From: Blasia pusilla
Lineage: Eukaryota
Length of the DNA stretch: 64,000 nt
Direction of reading: 5' to 3'
Assembly: GCA_050084515.1 (NCBI GenBank)
Contig: CM114271.1
Span: 992,001 to 1,056,000 of the forward strand
Of the stretch, positions 53,839 to 64,000 are shown one piece after another. A program made the translations under genes and the position numbers. A model generated the notes under the pieces. It did no database searches, was not told the origin of the DNA, and saw nothing but the letters and a program-made list of their open reading frames with translations. Position 1 is the first letter of the stretch, and every line of letters begins with the position of its first letter.

Positions 53839-54485
53839 TGGAAAAAACTCGTGCAATGAAGAGGACCAGAGGAGTGATCCAGCTCCAATAAGCTTCCAGA
53901 CCTGCACAAGGACTTCAGGATGGGGAAAGAGGCCATGAATCAGATGGCGACACTGAAAAACGTGTGAAGAAAGGTGCTAGAAGTGTTTCTTGCTCTGAAA
54001 TTTCTACTACCAGCTTATCATTGTCAAATTTGAACAAAAACTTCAACGATGCATTTGTGAAGATTTTTATGGGGCCTGCAGGAAAGAAGCCAGCTAAGTC
54101 TCACAAGGGATCACTTGTAGAATTGCAAGAGTTATCAGCCAGGTTGAACGTCATTTTAGATATTTGCAATACTATGGAAACGATTGTGCATGGATTTCTA
54201 TCTATGCGCATTTCTCTACAGAAGCTCGAAAGGTCCATGTCTGAAAAAACCATCGATGGCTTACCTCAAATCATTGAGAAGTTTGTGTTGCAGGTACAAG
54301 CACTCTTGACAGATGAAAATATCCTTCAATTGAGTGTGGCAAATAGAGAGGTGCTCCAATGTTTAGATCAGAATGTAGTGCTTGGGAATTTCTACGTGCT
54401 CAACTTTCCTTTGATCTCTGCCCACAAAGCTTACTTAGAATTACCCCCCCCCCCCCCCCAACTCATGAATTCTGTTCCGAAGTAA
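53839..54485 (+). pseudogene. Uncharacterised helical ORF downstream of the transposase, with one internal stop near 53890
   Basis: 173 aa open frame of coiled-coil-like composition, extendable to the ATG near 53838 through a single TAA. Confidence 0.35.
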
Positions 54486-55007
54486 TATGTGAGCTCACAT
54501 TGCGAGTAAATGTCTCAAAATTTATTTTCTACCTCGTTTTGATTCCATCTTGTCTTACTTGACTTTAAAAGGTGCTTTATTTCACCTTTTTGGCCTTGGA
54601 CAAACGATTTCATTGTATGAGCATTAAGTATCTCACGACATATTCGAACATATTTTCATAAAAAATATGATCCTTGCAGAATCCTTTTCCGTGATTTTAT
54701 CTGTAATGAATCCCTTCATGGAGCTATCAGGGTGTTCTATCATTCTATTCTTGGACACTAACGCATAAAAAATAGACGCAGAGAATATACACACTCTCAT
54801 TTCACAGGTAGGCAACGTGTCCTTTTAGATGATGTTTGGATTCTGTCCTCATTCTTTTTCTTACATAAATTGAGAAGATAGGTTGCAAGAGTAAAATGCT
54901 TTCCACTCCATGGGGATACATAAAATACTCTCCACTTCCTCGAAAGATACTTGAGATACAGACTTCACTTCCAAAGATAACTCTAGCACACCGTATTAAA
55001 AAATCGT

Positions 55008-56060
55008 GGGGAATTTTCCCATAATTTCTCGGCGTCCTTAATTCTAAGATGGAATGCTTACCATATTATCCAGTTATCCATTCACTTTATTTTATAGCTT
55101 TACATCTGTTTTCTATTTCTTCGAGTAAAAGAATGGTACAAGGATTTCCAATTTTATAGAAAAATTTTATTTTCTTTGAGTGTAATGTGTGTGGAAGATA
55201 GAATGCTTTCTGTTTACCACGATCATACCGACAGTCTTGTGAATTTTCATATTATCCACTTATCCATTCACTTTCTTTTTTTTAGTTTTACACATGTTTT
55301 CTATTTGATTCTATTTTCCCCTAACTAACAACAACACGGAAAAAAATTGGTAAAAGAAATAGTGGAATACTTTCCTTCGTCTACGCAAAGCAACTTCCCA
55401 CTTCCAATCTGATAATAAATTATGATTTTCTTCGAGTATAATGTGTGTGTGGAAGCTGGAATGCTTTCTATTTACTAGGATCCTATCGACAGTCTTGTGA
55501 ATTTTCCCATAATTTCTCGGCGTCCTTAATTCTAAGAAGGAATGCTTATCATATTGTCCACTTATCCATTCACTTTATTTTATAGCTTTACATTTGTTTT
55601 CTATTTCTTTGGATAAAAGAATGGTACAAGGATTTCCAATTTTATAGAAAATTTTATTTTCTTTGAGTGTAATGTGTGTGGAAGATGTAATGCTTTCTGT
55701 TTACCACAATCCTACCGCCACTCTTGTGAATTTTTCCATAATTTCTCAGGGTCCTTAATTCTAAGATGGAATGGTTACAATATTATCCACTCACTGTATT
55801 TTATAGTTTTACATCTATTTTCTATTTGTTTGGGTAAAAGAATGATACAAGGATTTCCAATTTTTAAAAATATTGGAATGCTTTCTATTTACCACAATCC
55901 TACCGATAATCTTGTGAATTTTCTCCTAATTTCTCGGCGTCCTTAATTCTAAGATGGAATGTTTACCATATTGTCCATGTATCCATTCATTGTATTTTAT
56001 AATTTTATATCTATTTTCTATTTGTGTGGGTAAAGAATGGTACAGGGATTTCCATTAAAA
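55008..56060. repeat. AT-rich tandem repeat, ~190-260 bp units, about five copies
   Basis: GAATTTTCCCATAATTTCTCGGCGTCCTTAATTCTAAGATGGAATG and AGAATGGTACAAGGATTTCCAATTTT recur. Units start near 55008, 55238 (partial), 55497, 55726 and 55913. Confidence 0.9.
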
Positions 56061-57719
56061 GAAAACATGTTTTTCATTTGATGGGTAACATTTGAAGTAA
56101 CATTTGAAGCAGATCACATGTCGCTACATACCCTATAAGATAGCTGGAATGCCTTCCTTTTGCTAGCCTATATCTTAGGCAATATGTCTTCCTTTGATGC
56201 CCTATTTTTATGAATTTATTTTTTACGCAAAGGGATGATGGGTTTGAGGTTTGTAATATATATTTTTTAAATTAATTCATTTATATGAGTCATGAAGATC
56301 ATAATTTAACAAATATCAAACCAATTGACACAAAAATATTTTCTTTTCAGGAAAAAATTCCCACGTATGAAGAAAGTATTTCCATAGCGAACCTTACAGA
56401 TTTTGTTCTCTCTGAACAAGAGGTCCTTTTCTTTCCTTTACTGCATACTACATCTATTTACTATCTTACCCTAAACAATCTACAAGCGTGCATCACACTT
56501 AATTTTGATGACCAATTTTTGCAATTCTGCACCCTTTCCTCCTCCTTGTTGCTTTGCTTCATAATCAACACTATTGTACAAAGAAGAGTTGTCGACTATC
56601 CAGAAAATTTCCAATCGATTCTCTTTTAGTAAATTATTATTTTTTGACATGATTGTCTTAACGGACACAAAGAAGGTATTCCAGCCAGGTCCAGGTTCTC
56701 AAATGCAATATCCACTCAGTTTAGGGAACTACACGGATGACACCTTAACAACAATAAGCATTTGGTGTTCACATGATCCCAGGGTATAATTCATAAGACA
56801 TCTACTTACTATCGATGAGTGCGACAAAAAGTGGATTGATGATTTTTTCTACACAAAAAAGATGCCATTGAATCCCCTTCAGTTACCTTCAATCCCCTCA
56901 GACCCAATAGACGCCAGCGTGGGAGATGGGAAACATCCTGGTGGCAACTGACAAGGCAACGGATATCAAAACAATCCACACTCCACCCTGCAAACCAATT
57001 AACCTTTTTGTGACATGCAAATAAATACATCTTCACGAATGTAGCAAGAACCTCAATAGTGATTCTCAGTTCATTCTTACGATACAAAAGAAACCCAAAG
57101 GAAAAAAGGGGCAGAGGAGCCCATCAGAAAGCCTTCTACTAGAGCCACAACTTTCCAAATCGGCCATCTCTGAATGACATGGTCACATGCAACACCAGAA
57201 CCCATCTAATACACCTTCACGATATATTCTGAACTTATCAATGGAAATAAAGAGATTTCAAGAAGAAGGTAACTACAGAGACCAACTGACCCACCGAATA
57301 CATAATCAAGCACCAAAGGCTGAATCACAACGCATGACTGAACAACATGCGCCACCGAATACACTTATATAGGTAAAGCGACAACGAAAAGTGACTCCCC
57401 GTCTATTTAAGAAAGAACCACAATCAATTGGACACTAGTGTGATCTGGCCCAATTGTAAGAAACGTAAGGCATTCCGGCAATGCAACTCTACGGATTAAA
57501 AAAACAAGCACAGAACTCTGATGCAGACCTCCCCTAATTCTCTGCCAGTGTCATCCTATAACCCTACAAAACAAACGAGAAAATCGATAGGCGATTCACC
57601 CATCCAACCGGCCCTTCATACGCTTTGGAGATGAACGTGTTCATAAACACGTTCATCTCCAAGGTTCGGAGAAAAACTAATACGTTACGAACTGAAAGCA
57701 CTGTGGCTGCGACGATCAA

Positions 57720-57965
57720 TGCATAGAGAAAATTTGTGCAACGAGGGCAAATCTCTCCAATGGAGAGCAAATTTCTGCAACAAAGGGAAAAATCATGCAA
57801 CGAAAGGCGAAGTTGTGCAACGGAGGGGAAATCTTTGCAAACGGAGGGGAAATCGTTGCGATCCTAGCAGAAATCTCTGCAAACGGAGGGAAAATCTCTA
57901 CAAGCGGAGGGGAAATCTTTGCAAACGGAGGGAAAATCTCTACAAGCCGATTGAAAATCTGCACG
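57720..57965. repeat. 21 bp minisatellite (consensus ~GCAAACGGAGGGAAAATCTCT)
   Basis: About 11 degenerate units in register. Confidence 0.85.
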
Positions 57966-60457
57966 GACAAAATCAGCAGCTGTAGCTCCGTCCTCAAATG
58001 TCACAGCTCCGTAGCTGCACCGTCCTCCACAACTGCTCCGTCCTCCGCTACGACGACTTTATAAGCTGGACTTTGAGATCTGAATTTCAAAACGAACATG
58101 TATCATCCACACCATCCACACCCTACCATCCACATTGCTCTCGGATATCCGTGAGCGTCCTGGACCATCCAAGAGAGTCACCGTTGCCGGGAAAATGTAG
58201 CCGGGTGTAGAGCATTCCGATCCCGATGGGGGGAAGGGGTTTGGGACACCCGTCACTAGAACCCGCAACACAGGGGGACACGATGGGAGCAATAAGTGCT
58301 TTGAATTCTCTGACTATTGTGAGCGCTCTCTCACTAAACGGGAACCCCATTAAACTGGTTTTAAAACCACAAATGTTTTCAGACGTATCCCATCAATTCT
58401 TAGTCAGTCACCCTAATTTTATTATTTTCTTTACGACTATTGGAAAGTCTGACTTTTGCTGAACACTGATGGGACCTGCCCCTTCATGTACTACCTATTT
58501 CTGTTCCCTTCTACCGAACCGAAAGTTTGGTATTACCGTCCCCTCACGCCGAACCGAAAGCTTGTCCGCCGCCCGTCTCCAGCGTTTCTGTGACGGACGT
58601 CAGTTTCCAGTCCCTGTCCTGCGTCTTCACGTTACGTCAACTGAGTCGTGTCACTGTCGTGATCCTCTTCCGGTTCTTCGCGCACGTGGCAGCTTCTAAG
58701 TTGTCGCCCGACTTAAATTCTCATGTTGGAATTAGAGATAATAATAATTAGAAATATATTTGGGGTTATGTTTTCAACTATATTTCGGGCGGAAATATTG
58801 TGGACGTGGCTGTTTATGAGGTGTGGGTTACCTCGAATAACTGATTTCTTTATTAATTTTATTTTGGAAGGCTTTTGAAAAGAGTTTCTATGAGAAAAAA
58901 GTCAGGAAAATCTTTGACACGTAGAACTTCGCAGCCCGTAGATGTTTTGGATCGTGTTGTGAAAGAATTAGTGTGGTACCTGAAACGATTTCTGTTGACT
59001 TATTAAATTCTATTTTAAAATTTTGGGGTATTGGAAAATAGGAAATAATATTTTACATTTGGAAGTGTTTCCATGTTGAATCTTTGTGGTTATTTCTTAT
59101 CCTAAATTTATCTTTGAGATTGTGGCCTTGGTGAATTTTTAATTTTTATAAAAAAATAGGGTTATAATTTCATGTTTTATGGTTAAAATAAAAATTCTTT
59201 TCTTCATTTTTATTATGAAATATTTTCTGAGAAACTAACTAACTCTTATTTTCAGGTGGATTTCTTTCTAATATTACAAGTACTATTTCATGTTCACAAG
59301 AAAAGAGGGAAAGTGTTAAGGTTTTTGTCTCATTGAATTGTTTCTGAAATTTTTAATATATAATCAAATTATAATCAAATTTTCTTTTGCTTAAAGAATT
59401 CCATGTTGAATACACTAAAAAAGGTCCTTCATCTTTTATTTCTTTCTTTTATTTCTAATTCACCATAGATACAAATTCAAATTTTTTTAATCACGGTCTT
59501 CATACCCTTCAATGATCTAAATATCATGTGTTAATCAAATAACCAAAAAGTTGACAATATATCACAATAACTACTCTTGAAATGCCCTTGCCATGCTATT
59601 AGGTAGTTTTATTTAACTTAAGAAAATTAGGATCCACGTTCAAAAAGATTGTAAGCCCTTTTTGAATTCCCTCAAATGATGGAATCTCAAGCCCACTAGA
59701 GGGCCTCCTCCATATTAGTTGGAGGAGTAAAATGAACCCGCACCCATTGTTTCCAAACTCATCCCATCCAAGCACAAATAATATTTTAGACCACAACATG
59801 ATGATAAGTATAATTTTATATTAAGTCCTCATGATGGTCTTTGGATGCAAAAGATCTCAAATATTTACGACCCTTACATACACTTGTCGTTTTTTTTCTC
59901 ACCATCTAAGTTATCCATGTGTCCATCACGCGTGCGTATGAATTACTTTCTCCCCCCCCCCCCCCATCTCAAAGGGCTGCACACTAGTTGTATATGAGTG
60001 TATGCATATCTATAGATGTTGTTGGAAATCCATGAATAACAAGAAATATCATCTATGAATTTTTTCCATTAAGGTGCTTTTGGGTAGAGATAGCCTAGAA
60101 ATCCAAAAGGAGACCCAAACTCTCACTATCTATCCTCTTGCTCTACCGAAGGCTGATGTGATATTTATCATTTATTATTATTGAAAGGGACTCATGAATA
60201 AATATATAGGGTGGGCATGAGAGGAGGGATAGTAATTAATAGGGTGTAAGAGGAAATTTGAAGTGATATAGACACTATGGGGGTGCCAATAATATGTCAT
60301 CAAGTAGTCATCCCCTTGATTTCTCCCTTCAGTCCCTCCATTTTCTCTTGAAAGAGACCCCTTTATTTATGTGTTCATTTATCCATTCAGCTACTCCGCA
60401 TACTATTTGGGATAGTTTTGGATGCTCTAGAATGTGTGATTGGTGGTAGTTGCTTCC

Positions 60458-60462
<5 letters not shown>

Positions 60463-60532
<70 letters not shown>

Positions 60533-60540
60533 TATATGAT

Positions 60541-60572
<32 letters not shown>
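60463..60572. repeat. Compound microsatellite (TA)n + (TG)n
   Basis: (TA)n at 60463-60529 and (TG)n at 60545-60572. Confidence 0.98.
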
Positions 60573-62009
60573 AGTGGATTATTTATTTATGCCTCCTCAG
60601 GGTCCTCAAAATATGATGATAATCTTCTCATCACCTAAGAGACCACATGTGGCATCTTTTCCTCACTTTTTCAATTTTAAAACTCTAATTTATTATGGAA
60701 GGATGGAGTGAGTTCTTGTGCTTTTTGGCCCGCTAAACATGTGACAATTTGCTTCCATGGGCATAGCTTAATTTTGACGAAAGTTGGCCAAAATTGGAAA
60801 ATTTTAGGTGGAAAAAGGAGGAGAGTTTAGGGCTTTCATTATAAACGTGAATATTAATTTACAAGGCTTTCCAAAAAATTAATCACTTCTGGTTCTTTGT
60901 ATGGCCACTTTTTAACATGAGATTGCTTTTGTGTTTTTTTTCCCCTTAGACGTAACGGAAAATGTTTTGTGATTATTGAAATAATTTACTATTTTTTAAT
61001 TTTATTTTGGTTTCCATCATAAATGATGTAGTTTTCTTGTACGTTTCTTTTAGGTGTCAACCTATGTTAGTTTCAGTACTGAAACTATTCTTAATTCATA
61101 TACATTTAAAAATATGAATTATGTTTCAATTTTTCTAATGATAAGTTAGGTTCATCTACTATTTGGGTTGGGTTTATGACCCTCTAGAATTGTACACATA
61201 TTTTGATTTGAGGATGCATTAAATATTAATGAAGAATAGGAATAGGTTTTAATCAAAAAGAAATTCTTGATTAATAAGTCTAATTGAAAAATATTTGCAT
61301 GAATAATTTTGAATCTTTAGAAGAGTGACATATGAAATCCATACAAAAGTTTATATTTCTTAACCCCTAGCACTTTTAATATTATAGATATAACGAAAAG
61401 TCTATGGTTGGAAAGGAATCCACGTACTGTTTGCTTCTTTCTCTGAGGGGGCTCTTAAAGATCTTGAATGGTGTCCCCACTCCCCAATGTATATTGTATT
61501 ACATCGATTTGGATACCGGTCTTTTCGGTACTTGACTCTTTGAATCTCTTTTATTTATTTTTCACATCAAATTGTTCTATCCTCCTTTCTATATTTCCAT
61601 TCTTAACACCTTTTTCAGTCCTTTCTTTAACACTCCAAAATGTGTTTTGGTCCACATTTACCAGTTACGAAATTAAACTCTATGTGGTATTATAGATGTG
61701 AAATAGTAGCTAGACGTTGTGTCAATAGTGGGCATTAGTACTAATCCTTGATTGTAGTTAGTCTTGAAAAAAAAAAGTGAAGATATTGGTTGTGAAAGTA
61801 AAACAAATAGAGATACATAGGTAAAATGAAGTTGAGGGTACAATCCATTTTAACTTTTGGAGAATGGGTTACTTCAACAACAACCCTTCATACAATGATT
61901 TATATGAAGGTGATTTATTTGATTGTGATTTCACCCACCTTACCTTAGAGGAAAAACCATTACTCACATGTCGTGATAATCCTAACTCATGGATAGTTTT
62001 AACATACTA

Positions 62010-62189
62010 CTAGTTGGTGCTCGTGCGATGCACGAATGTATAATCTTGATTGATCCATCCTAAGTGTACAATTGAATTAGAGTGATCCATTTGGCTTAGA
62101 AAATGAGCAATTCTATTGCCTAAAAAAGACATGTGTCAAGAGGAGAAGTGATCTCAAAATGAATATGCGCTCTCCAACAATAATATAGA
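62010..62189 (-). mobile_element. 180 bp non-autonomous Helitron
   Basis: The minus strand reads A|TCTATATTATTG...TCGTGC-ATC-GCACGA-GCACCAA-CTAG|T: 5' TC, subterminal hairpin, 3' CTAG, inserted at an AT site. Confidence 0.7.
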
Positions 62190-63320
62190 TTGAAAGTTGC
62201 AATTCATATTGTTGAGGTTGGTAGTAGCAACGGAAAATGGGGTACTTAGGGAGGTAACCCTCTTAGGCTTATGGTGAAATCTCGCAAACCAATGAAAGAA
62301 GAGTCCTCTTCTTTTTCACCATGCAAAATTTAGGTCACATTGAAATGCCGCAACCCAATGAATGATGACCCCTCTTGTTTGTCGCCATAGAAATTTTGAC
62401 ACGAAGTTTATTGTAAGACCAAAAATCACAACCCAATGAAAGAGGAATCCTCTTTTTGTCACCATAAAGAATTTGACGTGACATTTTTTCATTTAAAAAA
62501 ACAAATTAAATAGGTTATTTGATTTTAAAGAAAAAAAATAAGATTGTTTTCCCACATGATTTTATGCCACGTGCCTCACTTTCTATGTGATCGGAATAGG
62601 CCTATTAATAAATGTAATAATAAAAGTTCGGATTTCGAGGCTCACTGGTCTCTTGCTAAGGTCCCTTTGACGTTCACCGAAGCTGTAAGACGTCCCACAG
62701 CGCGCCGCTCCCGTCCGTTCGTCCGTTCGTCCGTCCGTCCGTCGTCGCAGCGAGTGGCCATAGATAGCGTCGCGACTGCAGTCCGTCGTCGTACAGTGGG
62801 CGTCCGTTCGAAGTCGGGCCGTTCTCCCGAGCGTAGGGATGCCACCGAGTCAGGACAGATTCCGGAGGCTCGGAATAGGCTTGGGGAGCGTGCTTGGCTT
62901 GGGCTTGGTCTCGGCGGTTTGTCTTGCCACGTGGAGAGGATTTGAAGTCATAGTTTCTCAGCTGTCAGCTACGGCAGAGCCTCGGAAGGCTCGGTTCAGG
63001 TCTGGGATAGTGGAGGCAGATGTGGTGCGTTATGAACTTGTTGTGCTGCGGACCGGAGAGTGGGGAACTCCCGCACTAGTGTGATTTTCGGGTCCGGTTT
63101 CGCGGATGATGATCTGTTTGAAGGGCAATACGAGGCCCGAGGAGTGGGACGGCGCCGAGGGGAGAGCGAGCTTTCACCTGTCATAAACGGAGCAAGCGGC
63201 GATGGAGAGTGAGAGAAGGAATGAGCTCAGTGGCGATCACAAATTGCGACGCGCGTACATTTTAAGGCAGAGTCGCTGAGCGGTGATGGAAAATTGCGAC
63301 AGGACTTTAACGTCGAAGTT

Positions 63321-63466
63321 GCTGATCGGCGATCTCGAATTGCGGCAGAGTTGCCATATGCCTTCGAGACTCGAGGAGCAGGAGGGTGAGTGACACAGCG
63401 GACTGCAGAAATATGTCTTTGTGTTGTACTCTGGGAAGAGACTGTACTCATAAAGTAGTGTTTGTC

Positions 63467-63500
<34 letters not shown>

Positions 63501-63589
63501 CGCTGATCGGCGATGTCGAATTGCGATAGGGTGACTCGAGGAGCAAGAGGGTGAGTGACGAAGTTGATTGCAGAATCGTCTTTAAGTGT

Positions 63590-63624
<35 letters not shown>
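63321..63624 (+). repeat. Duplicated ~90 bp unit with (AG)n tracts directly upstream of the MLO start codon
   Basis: GCTGATCGGCGAT.TCGAATTGCG...GACTCGAGGAGCA.GAGGGTGAGTGAC at 63321 and 63502; (AG)n at 63469-63498 and 63592-63624. Confidence 0.85.
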
Positions 63625-63629
<5 letters not shown>

Positions 63630-64000
63630 GAGATATCGTGAAGTAGAGGATGATCTCTCGTTAAGGCACACACCTACATGGGTAGTCGCGGGAGTATGTA
63701 TCGTCTTCATATCTATTTCACTCCTCGCTGAACGGGGCATTCACCATCTCGGCAATGTGAGGGAATTCTAGCAACCGTGTGCTAATTATTAAAGCTGAAG
63801 ACTTCATTACGGCTTCCATATTTTTCAAACTGTGCATGATGAGAATCCTGGATCATAAAATGGCTTTCGCATTTCCAGTTAACAATTTTACCTGTCGAAA
63901 TGCGTCGTTGCAGTGGCTTTTGAAGAAGAAGAAGAAGCCCCTTTACGAAGCGCTACAGAAGATGAAAGAAGGTGTGTCATTATTTCACGATGGAATTCTT
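63625..64000 (+). CDS. MLO: MLO family seven-transmembrane protein, first two exons (63625-63756, 63914-63971). The gene continues beyond the window.
   Basis: SLRHTPTWVVAGVCIVFISISLLAERGIHHLGN spliced GT-AG to WLLKKKKKPLYEALQKMKE, the typical MLO N-terminus. Confidence 0.92.

Larger units (their letters stand above)
44700..58220 (+). mobile_element. Large degenerate Mutator-like element (boundaries approximate)
   Basis: Contains a MULE-SWIM transposase pseudogene, accessory ORFs, internal tandem repeats and a recurrent GGAAGG(T/C)ATTCC motif. No clean TIR pair or TSD was identified. Confidence 0.55.

Noticed and set aside
58700..62000. Long AT-rich tract
   Set aside because: No coherent ORFs, termini or periodicity beyond the microsatellites; treated as ordinary intergenic DNA.

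Overview
Intron-rich nuclear DNA from a land plant, probably a bryophyte or other non-seed plant; the species cannot be determined from the sequence. Five host genes can be rebuilt exon by exon: propionyl-CoA carboxylase beta subunit (minus, runs off the left edge), DNA primase small subunit (minus), a divergently transcribed CUE/DUF1771/Smr-domain gene (plus), exosome subunit RRP40 (plus), and the first two exons of an MLO gene (plus, runs off the right edge). Between them lie transposon remnants: a Ty3/gypsy pol whose integrase ends in a PHD finger, 3' fragments of a restriction-like-endonuclease (CRE-type) non-LTR element sharing a terminal hairpin, a ~13 kb degenerate Mutator-like element with a SWIM transposase and accessory ORFs, a foldback element, a MITE, a 180 bp Helitron, and several satellites. 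There is also an unidentified decayed multi-exon gene upstream of PCCB and a probable GH5 mannanase fragment. No rRNA, tRNA or CRISPR array was seen. All calls come from reading the sequence by eye; no searches were run.
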